From a virus (lineage: Duplodnaviria; Caudoviricetes), in the IMG/VR virus record IMGVR_UViG_3300021514_000002, positions 288,001 to 352,000 of that record: a stretch of DNA of 64,000 bases, one strand, 5' to 3'. Below the pieces are notes generated by a model, which was given only the letters and a program-made list of their open reading frames with translations, had not been told where the DNA came from and did no database searches. Shown one piece after another: positions 1-9,471 of this stretch. Position 1 is the stretch's first letter. Every line of letters starts with the position of its first letter. A program made the translations under genes and the position numbers.

Positions 1-631
1 CACTGAATACCATATCTTCCGTATCAATATACTCTGAATCAATTCCAGCAACGGATGAATCTGCCCCACGTGTACGATACTCGAAATTTTTTCTTGGTTC
101 AGATGGGATGCCTGAGCCTGTCGTATCATTTAATCTGGTGAATGCATCTGTTTGTGTATCATATAATGGTTGTATCTGATTTTCCGTAGACGATAATGGT
201 CCAGATGGTTCGTCTTGTAAGTCGTCGGTTTTCTTGTAAGTATATCTACCATGCGGCAATGTATGCACCATAAATTGGTCATGCATCGCGCCTAAATATA
301 TGCGGAATCTTGGATCGCCTTCAATACATGCCACTAAAACATACGATCCAACTTTGGGCGTATTAAACATACCATATGCTACAGGTCCATTCGTTCTATT
401 ATTTTCACGTCCTCTTGTGGTTGTTGAAGAAGATCCTGCTAACGGCGAAATCGGCGATGCCCATGGAATGCTATCAATTATTGTATTTTCAAGATCACCA
501 AAAAACGGACAAGCTACACGAACCCTGCCCATTTGTTGTGGATCGTTTGTATCGACGACTTCACCTAATGTTAATTGGTCGTAATTATCATCAGCATCTA
601 ATAATTTTTTTACGTCATTAAATATAACCAT
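1..631 (-). CDS. gp5: Baseplate hub/tail spike gp5-like protein, N-terminal OB-fold (partial, runs off left edge; absent from ORF track)
   Basis: Manual translation from ATG at 631: MVIFNDVKKLLDADDNYDQLTLGEVVDTNDPQQMGRVRVACPFFGDLE..IPWASP. This matches the gp5/VgrG G.V.D..DP..GRV.V...PWA motif; the frame is open to the window edge. Confidence 0.85.
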   Translation of the reverse strand, partial: MVIFNDVKKLLDADDNYDQLTLGEVVDTNDPQQMGRVRVACPFFGDLENTIIDSIPWASPISPLAGSSSTTTRGRENNRTNGPVAYGMFNTPKVGSYVLVACIEGDPRFRIYLGAMHDQFMVHTLPHGRYTYKKTDDLQDEPSGPLSSTENQIQPLYDTQTDAFTRLNDTTGSGIPSEPRKNFEYRTRGADSSVAGIDSEYIDTEDMVFS

Positions 632-633
632 TA

Positions 634-2607
634 TTATTTACCTCGTTTTCCGCGATTTACCCGTTGGGATTTTTGTTGACCAACTGTTATTTTATCGCCA
701 TCTGTATCACTTGTTAGATTTTCATAAATATCGTATTCTGAATCTTTCATTCCCTGCCATGTAGATCTATCATCTTCTGTTGCATCTACTTTAGTTGTAA
801 GTTTATCTGCCACAGGAATACTCATCATGTCTAATTCTTGTAAAAATTCACCACCTTCAAATAGTTGTTTAACCGCAAATAGTGTATAGTAACCCGTATA
901 CCAAAAATCTTCATATTCAGTATTAACATCATTTGAATCCGTTGGCATTTTAATATTTACCTTTACTAATGTGGGCGTATCAATCCATCTTGGATTTATT
1001 GTTTTATGTTTCTCTGGTTTTTCCGCTTGCCGATTTTTTAAATCGCTTGGTATCATCTGCATTTCACTTAACAACTGCGGGTTTCCAAAAATCAACATTG
1101 TTGCTTCAATGTTTTCTAACGCTGCATGTCTATTTAATAATGCTTGAAATGATGCGCTATCGCCTGGACTTTTAGTGTTTCGAGCAATTGATTGTTTTAT
1201 CTTACTACCAAGAAATAGAGGGGTTTTAGGTCTCTGTTTCTTACCTTTAGATGCAATATAATTTGCGCCTGTTGTTCGTTGCATGGTAGATGTCTTCTCA
1301 CCTGCATTGTTTTGTTGATTAGACAACGTATCCGTTGTTGCGGCGATTTGAAAAAATGACATACCCATTTCCATTTTGATATCAAAATTCTTAATATCTA
1401 TATTTTTACCAGTAAAAATATAATTAAATTCTATAGATTGGCCATCTTTTGGTTTGAATTCTTCGCCATTGAACGCTGCATCATATGGGAGTTGCGCTAC
1501 TTCATATTTATTAACGTAATATTCTACAACAAAGTTGTCATGGGATGATTGTAAACCAGACACAATTTTATAAATATACTTTTTACCTTCGCTACCCTCG
1601 ACGCCATCCTTTATTACACCCGTAGAAGATGCCATTAATTTTTTAATTATATCTTCTATACCAACATTTTTACCAAAGTTAAAACTGCCAACTTCGCGTT
1701 TGTTTGCAATTCTAACACTCTCATTATCGCCTGCTACGTATCGCGCGTCGTCGTAATCAGGAGCGATAATTTTATATGTAACCCCACGATAATTGTTTTT
1801 GAAAAATTGTTTTGCGTCTACTTCTGCTTGTTTGGACGTTAGTGAATTTCCTTCCTTCTTAGCCTCTTCATATAATGATATTGCGAATTCTTTTATTGCT
1901 TGTTCCTCATATCCATCATAGGATGCATTTAACTGTTCTGCCAATCCATCAAAAGTTTTTGCTAACGTATTGCCTTTATTTACAGTAAATGAAAGGCCGT
2001 TGGCGATTTTTTGGGTATGAGGGAGTTTACCTAAACCATTTACCGCACCCACAAATAACATTTTATATTTTGCGCCTGAGCTATCAAATATTGAACTAAT
2101 GTCATAAACAATAAACAATAGTGGTTTTATATTTGATATCATTTCAGTGGTGCCGTCGTCGTTGTGGCCAATAAAGATTGTTTTTAATACAAAAACCAAT
2201 CCAATGGGATCTGATTCTAGTGCATCACATACGTCTGTTAATCTATTAAGAAATTTTGCTCCCAATGGTTCAATGATCTCGAGTTCCCCTTCTAACGACA
2301 TTGATGTTGACTGGGGAGTATCATTATCACCAACATAATTTTCCATTGCGATTATATTTTCCCATGATGCGACGGTTATATAAAACCTCGCATCTGTGGT
2401 ACCATCTATAAGTGTAATGTATTTGCTGTTTGGATTTCTACCGATTTGACGCGGTGAATATCTAACGTTTTCACTTGGATGTTGAAATGTTGTTATTTCG
2501 CTTGTATTTGTTAATTCTTCTGCTGCTTCCGTATTATTACATACCATAAGTATGTGATGGTAGGAATAAGATTTAAACTTTCCAAGAATATTTTGTGGGT
2601 TTGACAT
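634..2607 (-). CDS. Putative baseplate hub protein (gp27-like by synteny)
   Basis: 657 aa ORF between the gp53-like and gp5-like genes; no catalytic motif recognised. Confidence 0.5.
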   Translation of the reverse strand: MSNPQNILGKFKSYSYHHILMVCNNTEAAEELTNTSEITTFQHPSENVRYSPRQIGRNPNSKYITLIDGTTDARFYITVASWENIIAMENYVGDNDTPQSTSMSLEGELEIIEPLGAKFLNRLTDVCDALESDPIGLVFVLKTIFIGHNDDGTTEMISNIKPLLFIVYDISSIFDSSGAKYKMLFVGAVNGLGKLPHTQKIANGLSFTVNKGNTLAKTFDGLAEQLNASYDGYEEQAIKEFAISLYEEAKKEGNSLTSKQAEVDAKQFFKNNYRGVTYKIIAPDYDDARYVAGDNESVRIANKREVGSFNFGKNVGIEDIIKKLMASSTGVIKDGVEGSEGKKYIYKIVSGLQSSHDNFVVEYYVNKYEVAQLPYDAAFNGEEFKPKDGQSIEFNYIFTGKNIDIKNFDIKMEMGMSFFQIAATTDTLSNQQNNAGEKTSTMQRTTGANYIASKGKKQRPKTPLFLGSKIKQSIARNTKSPGDSASFQALLNRHAALENIEATMLIFGNPQLLSEMQMIPSDLKNRQAEKPEKHKTINPRWIDTPTLVKVNIKMPTDSNDVNTEYEDFWYTGYYTLFAVKQLFEGGEFLQELDMMSIPVADKLTTKVDATEDDRSTWQGMKDSEYDIYENLTSDTDGDKITVGQQKSQRVNRGKRGK

Positions 2608-2620
2608 TAATTTCTCTTTA

Positions 2621-2980
2621 TTATGTTATGGGTTTGCCGCCAACTGGTTTAGTAATTATATCTAATACCAATCTCGATTGTGTTGGTAAATAAATTTCCG
2701 CACCCGGAACTAATTCAGTTACAGGATCGACAATATTATTATATTGTAGAACTAACCACGCATATTGGGCTTTTCCATATACACGATACGATATTAAATC
2801 TGGGCGGTTGGCCTCGTATTCTTGGATGGTAATAATGAAATCGTTATCTTGACGTTCAAGAATTCTTTTTTCCCACCAACCAAGACGGTTATTATATCTA
2901 TCAGTCAGACCACCTTGTACCATTCGGGAACTGCGGTTATCTGTTGAATTTTTATTGATATCGGTTATTGTAAATGCCAT
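2621..2980 (-). CDS. gp53: Baseplate wedge protein gp53-like (LysM-type)
   Basis: RPDLISYRVYG...WLVLQYNNIVDP..L.PG..IYLP is the typical gp53 motif. Confidence 0.85.
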   Translation of the reverse strand: MAFTITDINKNSTDNRSSRMVQGGLTDRYNNRLGWWEKRILERQDNDFIITIQEYEANRPDLISYRVYGKAQYAWLVLQYNNIVDPVTELVPGAEIYLPTQSRLVLDIITKPVGGKPIT

Positions 2981-2982
2981 AA

Positions 2983-3706
2983 TTAAAATCCTTGTAATAT
3001 TCCTTGTTTAAACGCATTTAAGTTAAATCCTTCATAACTATTCGGCGAATGTGTTTCTATTAATGTTAAGTCTATATTCATGATTATTGGCATTGGTACA
3101 CCTGTTGACGTAGTAATATAGTCTACATCGTTTGGGTACGGTATCGTAAGTTGTTGTATAACGACAGGGATTCGGTTTATATGTTGCGAGACAGTCCATA
3201 CGTTAGAAACGCCTAAGCGTGTTTCTTTAGTGGCACTAGTAACTTCTTTTGAATATGCGCTTAGATATAATATCGGTGGTGGTGCGCCTAATAGTTCCGC
3301 ACCAAGCGACAAATTTTCGCCTGTGTTGGGATCTTTTTGTACGGGATTCTTAATACCCGCACCTTTCTGTGCATTATAACCAACCCGTGCGTTATATTCT
3401 TCTGTCTCAAGGGTAGTACTGTTTAATCCAAAACGTGGCATACACCATCCACGGAGCATCCATAATTTTTTTAAATTTACATCAGCTTCGGTAATAGTTC
3501 TTGATATAAGACGAATATCAGATATTTGAAAATTTCTAGACGATGTATTTTTATACACCTGTATTTGTCCAGGAGCATGTAACGGGTCTAATGAACCATA
3601 ATTAATATTTCTATTTTCCGATACGGTTGGGGATGCGTCAAACGTAACACGCCCTCCGCCCTTCGATGCAGATGTTAATTTAACTTTATACGGATTTTCT
3701 ATTGCC
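2983..3706 (-). CDS. Tail-tube initiator/baseplate tube-cap protein (gp48/gp54- or P2 GpU-like)
   Basis: Motifs F.ASP.VSE.R..NY, QVY..T.SR.F, GAPPPILYL, VVIQQLTI.YP..VD, plus baseplate synteny. Start moved to ATG 3706 (AAGGA upstream) because 3747-3775 is the divergent gp55 promoter. Confidence 0.55.
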
Positions 3707-3746
3707 ATGTGTATATCCTTGTCTGTGTTATTGATATTTATCATGG

Positions 3747-3775
3747 TTGACATAGTTTAAAAAGTGATATATACT
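3747..3775 (+). promoter_or_regulatory. Host sigma70-type promoter for gp55-47-46 operon
   Basis: TTGACA-17 bp-TATACT. Confidence 0.8.
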
Positions 3776-3795
3776 GTCAATTATTGGAGAATAAA

Positions 3796-4314
3796 ATGGC
3801 AATAAAAAAAGAAGAAAAGCCGCCAGTTAAGAAAAAAGTCAATTATATAAAGAATAAAGACCTCCTTGCAGAAGTAATAGTTTGCAAGGAGGAGGGTAAG
3901 ATGTCCGATAAATTAGCGAACATGCTTATTCTTCTAACTGCAAAATATGGACGTTCATCCCAGTTTGGTGGATACACATTTAATGATGATATGCAGGCAT
4001 ATGCCTTAATGATGTTGTGTAAAACTTGGATTGGATTCAAACCCGAAAGAAGCAGCAACGCATTTGCATATTATACACAAAGTATTAAAAATTCATTTAA
4101 ACAATTCTTAAACCGTGAAAAAGTACAACGAGTTGTGCGTGATGAATTATTAGTAGATAAGGGATTAAATCCGTCATTTACATATACAAACGAACATACA
4201 ACTAGCGATTCACATTATGTTCATGATGAAGAAGACCATGGTCAATCTGTGGAAGATCTGAAGAAAATAAATGAAGATGCTAATTCAGAAGAATTAATAT
4301 CTTACAAAAAATAA
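3796..4314 (+). CDS. gp55: Late-transcription sigma factor gp55
   Basis: NYIKNKDLL..., DDMQAYALM, F.PE.SSNAFAYYTQ....F....N.EK motifs; upstream of gp47/46 as in T4-like phages; GGAG before ATG 3796. Confidence 0.88.
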   Translation: MAIKKEEKPPVKKKVNYIKNKDLLAEVIVCKEEGKMSDKLANMLILLTAKYGRSSQFGGYTFNDDMQAYALMMLCKTWIGFKPERSSNAFAYYTQSIKNSFKQFLNREKVQRVVRDELLVDKGLNPSFTYTNEHTTSDSHYVHDEEDHGQSVEDLKKINEDANSEELISYKK

Positions 4315-4339
4315 TAATAATAATACAGGAAATAACAAG

Positions 4340-5389
4340 ATGGGTAATAGCACCCCCGCATTAAGTAAAGGTGCGTACTTTACTGACTTGCATGTTGGGG
4401 CTAAATCCAATTCACAACAACATAACGAAGATTGTGTCAATTATATTGATTGGTTCTGTGCTAATGTAAAAGCAGACCCTGAAATTGATTACATTTGTTT
4501 TGTAGGTGATTGGCACGAAGTCCGAAGCGCGATTAACGTGTTTACATTAAAATATTCATATGAAATTGCTACAAAAATCAATGACTTAGATCTGCCTGTA
4601 TATTTTATCATTGGCAACCATGATCTATATCATAGAAATAATAGGGACATTTATTCAGTTGTCCCTTTTAATGAGTTTAAAAATTTCAATATAATTGATA
4701 AACCTACGGTAATTGAGAATATTGGGGATGGTGTATTAATGTGCCCATTCCTGTTCCATGAAGAATATACCAAATTATCACAATATAATAAGATTCCTTT
4801 CTGGGTAGGACATTTTGAATTCAAGGGGTTTGTTGTTACTGGTTACAATATTACAATGAAAACCGGCCCAGACCATACGGACTTCGATGGACCAGAAAAT
4901 ATTATATCTGGTCATTTTCACAAAAGACAAACTAGCGGGAACGTAACCTATATTGGGAATACCTTTCCGACTAACTTCAGTGACGCTGGGGATGTTGAAC
5001 GCGGCATGATGATTTTTAACCATACTAATAAAGATATGAAGTTTCTTGATTGGGAAGATTGTCCCAAATATATAACAGGTACCTTATCCGATATAATAGC
5101 TGAAAAAATCAAATTGTATCCAAATTCACGAGTTCGTTGTGTAGCTGATATTCCCATAACATACGAGGAAAGTTTAGAATTGAAGAAAACTTTCATAGAG
5201 GGTTATGATTTGCGGGAATTTGCTATTGAGGAATCTAGTGAAATCCAAGAAGCATTGACCGAGACAGAAACAACCATCAACGAAAGAAATCTTGGTACTG
5301 TTGATGAAATGGTAGTAGAAATGTTAAACGACATCGAATCGGAACATATCGACAATGATTTACTTTCCGAAATCTACCAAAACTTATAA
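4340..5389 (+). CDS. gp47: Recombination nuclease gp47 (Mre11/SbcD-like)
   Basis: Metallophosphoesterase motifs TDLHVG, GDW, GNHD, GHFE, SGHFH; adjacent to gp46. Confidence 0.93.
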   Translation: MGNSTPALSKGAYFTDLHVGAKSNSQQHNEDCVNYIDWFCANVKADPEIDYICFVGDWHEVRSAINVFTLKYSYEIATKINDLDLPVYFIIGNHDLYHRNNRDIYSVVPFNEFKNFNIIDKPTVIENIGDGVLMCPFLFHEEYTKLSQYNKIPFWVGHFEFKGFVVTGYNITMKTGPDHTDFDGPENIISGHFHKRQTSGNVTYIGNTFPTNFSDAGDVERGMMIFNHTNKDMKFLDWEDCPKYITGTLSDIIAEKIKLYPNSRVRCVADIPITYEESLELKKTFIEGYDLREFAIEESSEIQEALTETETTINERNLGTVDEMVVEMLNDIESEHIDNDLLSEIYQNL

Positions 5390-5415
5390 CATAAAAAAAA
5401 TAAAAAAATAGGGTT

Positions 5416-7707
5416 ATGATTAAATTTAAACAACTTTCAATTAAAAATTTTCTGTCATATGGCGAAGTTCCAACAATAATAGACCTTGACGATACGGGCA
5501 CTACGTTGATTGTAGGGGAAGATCTGGATAATACTGCATCTGGAACTGGGGCTAATGGCGTCGGGAAAACTGTATGGATAAATGCGCTTATCTACGGATT
5601 GTATGGCAAACCAATATCTAATATATCATTAGATAATCTCGTCAATAATATTAATAAGAAGAACATGGAAGTTATTATTGAATTTGAAAAAGATGGAAAT
5701 GTGTGTACTGTTAAACGTGCGCGCAAGATAACGGGTTCAGGTAACTATGCTAAAGTCTTTATCCGTCCATCTGGTACAGATTTAGATGAAAATAAGCACG
5801 ACAAGACACCAGATAGTATAAGCAATATAAATGATTTTATTGCCGAGCTACTTGGGATTCCCTATGAACTATTTGTTCGCATTGTTGCTTTTGCGGCAAC
5901 CCATACACCGTTCCTCGATTTACCTGTTAGACATGCGTCACAAGCAAATCAATCTGATATTATGGAAGAACTATTTAGACTAACACAATTGTCTGTTAAA
6001 GCAGAATCCCTTAAAGTTGAAATTAGGGATACTAAACAATCGTTAGAAATTAAAACTTTACATAATGAACATCTCGAAAAAGAACATGAGCGCCATAATA
6101 AACAATTACTATCTGCAAGAAATCGCGTAGATGATTGGGAAGATGACCGCGATGTTGAAGTGATTGCTCTAAAAAAAGTATTAGAAGATTATGAAGCTGT
6201 TCCTATTGAGGAACAAGAAAAACTATATGAGCGCGTTGCAGAATTAAAGATTACGCTTGCAGAAGAAAAAGAAAAACAACAGACCCTTGAAACGATTATT
6301 ACTGAAATTAGTGCAGAATTCACTGTATCAAAATCAAAGTTAGTGGTTATTACAGAAAGTAAAGAAAGAATTATAAAGTGGAAGGAAGAAAATATAAAGA
6401 AGATTGCTGATTATAAAGCAGCAGCTGAGAAACTTCCTACTGCATATGTACTTAGCGAACAACAAAAATTACATCAGAAACTAGATACTTTAACAGAAAA
6501 TTTAAAAACTCTTACGGCTAAAGAAAAAGAAATAGAAGGCGACATTACACTTACCACTAATGAGTTAAATGAAGCCGAAGATGAATTAGTACATCTAGAA
6601 GAAGCAAAATGTCCATATTGTTTACAACAACTTGAAGATGCTGCAGCGAAAATTAATAAATGTAAAGATGATATAAAAATTAAAGAACAAGAGTTGTTTA
6701 ATTTTTCAGTGCTTTTAGATGTTGTTCAAAAAAACATAGTAGTTACATCTAAGGATGTTAAAACAGTTTCCGATGATATTGATTATTCTATAAACGAAAT
6801 AAACAATTATGAATATACGCGCAATGAATACGTTGTAAAATTACAAGAGTTGTTTAATGAACAGTGTCCACATGGTAATGCTAAAACTGTAGGTGATATG
6901 ATTTCAGTTATTTCCGAAATGACCGAAGAAAATATGCACTTAAAAGAAACCCTTGCAAAAGAAGCCGACGGGTTAGTTGCGATTGACGATGTAATTGAAT
7001 TAATCAATAATGAATTAATAGAATGTGAAAGCAACATTACAATTTCATCCTTGAATGAATTATACGAAATAAAGAACAAAATTAAACAACAAAAAGATAA
7101 GATTAAAGAATTAAAATCTGCTATTAATCCATATCTTGCACCATTAAATGAGTTACTAGATATTAAACTGGAACCTATTGATATGGATGCAATTAATAAA
7201 CTAACTAACTTGATAACACATCAGAATTATTTAGTTAAATTATTAACCAAGAAAGATAGTTTCATTCGTAAAACATTGTTGACTAAAAACCTTGTATTTT
7301 TAAATCAACGATTAAAAGAATATCTATTAGCTTTGGGATTGCCACACAAGGTAGAATTTACCCATGAAATGACTGCAAACATATCACAATTTGGTAGAGA
7401 ATTGGATTTTGGGAACTTGTCTAGTGGACAAAAAGCGCGCGTAAATCTCGCGTTGTCTTTCTCGTTTAGGGACGTATTACAAAAATCACACGATAGTATT
7501 AATGTTTGTATGCTTGATGAAGTTCTTGACGTTGGCCTTGATTCGGTTGGCGTACAAAACGCAGCACGAATGCTGAAGCGCAAGGCACGTGATGAAGATT
7601 TGGCACTGTTCATTATTTCACACAGGGACGAAGTTAGTAATATATTCGACCGAAGAATGACAGTCCAAATGGAAAAAGGTTTCAGTTCTGTGAAGGTAGA
7701 AGAATAA
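5416..7707 (+). CDS. gp46: Recombination ATPase gp46 (Rad50/SbcC-like)
   Basis: Walker A NGVGKT, coiled coil with CPYC zinc hook, signature LSSGQ, Walker B MLDEVLD, H-loop ISH. Confidence 0.95.
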   Translation: MIKFKQLSIKNFLSYGEVPTIIDLDDTGTTLIVGEDLDNTASGTGANGVGKTVWINALIYGLYGKPISNISLDNLVNNINKKNMEVIIEFEKDGNVCTVKRARKITGSGNYAKVFIRPSGTDLDENKHDKTPDSISNINDFIAELLGIPYELFVRIVAFAATHTPFLDLPVRHASQANQSDIMEELFRLTQLSVKAESLKVEIRDTKQSLEIKTLHNEHLEKEHERHNKQLLSARNRVDDWEDDRDVEVIALKKVLEDYEAVPIEEQEKLYERVAELKITLAEEKEKQQTLETIITEISAEFTVSKSKLVVITESKERIIKWKEENIKKIADYKAAAEKLPTAYVLSEQQKLHQKLDTLTENLKTLTAKEKEIEGDITLTTNELNEAEDELVHLEEAKCPYCLQQLEDAAAKINKCKDDIKIKEQELFNFSVLLDVVQKNIVVTSKDVKTVSDDIDYSINEINNYEYTRNEYVVKLQELFNEQCPHGNAKTVGDMISVISEMTEENMHLKETLAKEADGLVAIDDVIELINNELIECESNITISSLNELYEIKNKIKQQKDKIKELKSAINPYLAPLNELLDIKLEPIDMDAINKLTNLITHQNYLVKLLTKKDSFIRKTLLTKNLVFLNQRLKEYLLALGLPHKVEFTHEMTANISQFGRELDFGNLSSGQKARVNLALSFSFRDVLQKSHDSINVCMLDEVLDVGLDSVGVQNAARMLKRKARDEDLALFIISHRDEVSNIFDRRMTVQMEKGFSSVKVEE

Positions 7708-7886
7708 TGGGAAACAACAACGAATCATATCGCATTGTGCAGGATTTTCAACTTATCAGTGTATCGCTTGTTGCTAATCCTGAAAAAGGGATGGAAATAC
7801 AAACTCTAATGGAACGCGACGTTAATATTCTCATAGATAAATACGATAGAACTATGAAATTATTGGAGATGTATATAAATGAATAA
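7707..7886 (+). CDS. 59 aa protein resembling a prohead-protease fragment, with YDRTMKLL motif (absent from ORF track)
   Basis: ATG overlaps the gp46 stop (TAATG) and the stop overlaps the next start. MGNNNESYRIVQDFQLISVSLVANPEKG...DKYDRTMKLLEMYINE. Confidence 0.7.
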   Translation: MGNNNESYRIVQDFQLISVSLVANPEKGMEIQTLMERDVNILIDKYDRTMKLLEMYINE

Positions 7887-8244
7887 CGTAGAAGCTGTTG
7901 ATTATATCAACCGTGCAAAACAAGCAATGACAAATGTAATGGAATTTTTTCTATTTGAACCGATAAATGATAATTTAATGGCACGAATGGAAACCGCCCT
8001 TGTTGGCGAATTAATTACCGAAATTGATATTGATTTTGGTGTTGATGTTAAATATGAAGACAATGATGTATGTGTGGTAGTTTCACTCGACGGAATTAAA
8101 GTTGATAAAGGAATTCTAGAAATTGAAGGACGTTATACAAACTGTCCAGCATTATTTGCGGAATTGGAAACGTTAGACGCTGCTATTGAGTTTACAGATA
8201 GTGAAAGTAATATCGCATTTGACAGGGCTATGGAAATAGTTTAA
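7879..8244 (+). CDS. Small protein resembling tail-sheath C-terminal domain, ends AFDRAMEIV
   Basis: YINR..FLFEP..LVGELI versus YIKR..FVFEP..FLGDLI in this phage's gp18; GGAG RBS. Confidence 0.7.
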   Translation: MNNVEAVDYINRAKQAMTNVMEFFLFEPINDNLMARMETALVGELITEIDIDFGVDVKYEDNDVCVVVSLDGIKVDKGILEIEGRYTNCPALFAELETLDAAIEFTDSESNIAFDRAMEIV

Positions 8245-8573
8245 TGAAATATTGGAGAGATTCAGAAGCCGAATATCTTGAATATGAAGAAGCTGGACGA
8301 ATACTACCGTATAAACATCCTGCTGCTATAGCAGCGTCTGAGGACATTCGTACAGAAGTAGAGATAATTCCTAATACTATGGAATTTCGTGACTACCTTG
8401 ATCCAACAACATTCGTTACTAGTTTACGGAAATGTGTTAAGGTAGAACGTAGGTTGTTTCGTTTTGGCAAAGACATGCTTGAACAAATTGCATGGATTCC
8501 ATTAGATATAATGGGTTACAAAGTACCACCTAATAAATTTGCGGCCTTTGAGCGCGCAATGGAGATTATATAA
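8244..8573 (+). CDS. Hypothetical protein, ends AFERAMEII
   Basis: 109 aa, TAATG-coupled to both neighbours; weak similarity to the gp23 C-terminus (DPTTF vs NPTTF). Confidence 0.7.
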   Translation: MKYWRDSEAEYLEYEEAGRILPYKHPAAIAASEDIRTEVEIIPNTMEFRDYLDPTTFVTSLRKCVKVERRLFRFGKDMLEQIAWIPLDIMGYKVPPNKFAAFERAMEII

Positions 8574-8869
8574 TGAACAATGAAATAGAAATTTCAATGT
8601 TAGATTTTACGAATATGTCGAGTGAAGATACGCATGTATTAATTAACGTGAATATTGGGGCAATGCCTCCTAAACGAGCGTACGATTATCTTGTCAATAT
8701 CAAAACAACACTTCCACTATGTAAGATGTTGAATGAAAGAGGTATCACCTATTCCCTGATTGGTTGTAGATCTGATGGGGCTGGTAATATTGTAACAAGT
8801 ATCGAATCTAATGATAATATTGTTGATACAGAAAATACAAAGTTTGATGACGCAATGAATATTGTTTAA
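8573..8869 (+). CDS. Small protein resembling a portal (gp20) fragment, ends KFDDAMNIV
   Basis: INVNIGAMPPKRAYDYLVNIK versus IDVGKMPPQRVKQYLEGIK, and RSDGAG versus RPDGRG, in this phage's portal. Confidence 0.75.
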   Translation: MNNEIEISMLDFTNMSSEDTHVLINVNIGAMPPKRAYDYLVNIKTTLPLCKMLNERGITYSLIGCRSDGAGNIVTSIESNDNIVDTENTKFDDAMNIV

Positions 8870-8969
8870 TTTTAACATATTTTAAGTTATTGATTTTGAT
8901 AATAAAAAATTAATTAAATATTCCTTATAGGTGGTATACTAAATATTACCAATTATAAGGAATATTTCA

Positions 8970-9470
8970 GTGTCATTAAAAATACTTGGTATAGATCAAA
9001 GTTACAATTCGAGTGGACTAGTAGTTTTAAGCGATGATAATATCATACATTCAGAATGCTTTAAATCTAATAAAGAATCAAATCGTTTTGGACAAGCGCA
9101 CGAGGTTGCAATGTATATTGCATCTATAATAGATACATTCAATCCAGATGTTATTGCCATTGAAGGCTTGGCGTTCGGCATGAAAGGTAACGTCACCCGC
9201 GACTTAGGTGGTCTACAGTTTGTGATTATTTCGCACTTACAAGAAGTAAAGAAGCGCGAAGTAGTAATCGTTGCGCCGTTGACCGTAAAGAAACATGCGA
9301 CGGGTAATGGTAGGGCTAAAAAAGAAGAAATGATAGAAAGTTTACCCAAATATGCATCAGATATTTTTCTGGCATTAGGGGTGAAAAAAACAACTGGACT
9401 TGCAGATTTGGCAGATGCGTATTGGATCGCTAAAGTTGCAGAACAACTACATAAAGAAGAAAATAATTAA
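8970..9470 (+). CDS. ruvC: RuvC-like Holliday junction resolvase
   Basis: ILGIDQS, IAIEG, VKK.ATGNGRA.KEEM, DLADA RNase H-fold motifs. Confidence 0.88.
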   Translation: MSLKILGIDQSYNSSGLVVLSDDNIIHSECFKSNKESNRFGQAHEVAMYIASIIDTFNPDVIAIEGLAFGMKGNVTRDLGGLQFVIISHLQEVKKREVVIVAPLTVKKHATGNGRAKKEEMIESLPKYASDIFLALGVKKTTGLADLADAYWIAKVAEQLHKEENN

Positions 9471-9471
9471 T

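Noticed and set aside
300-621. Plus-strand ORFs 300..584 and 376..621
   Set aside because: They are antisense shadows of the gp5-like minus-strand gene, which has clear motifs.
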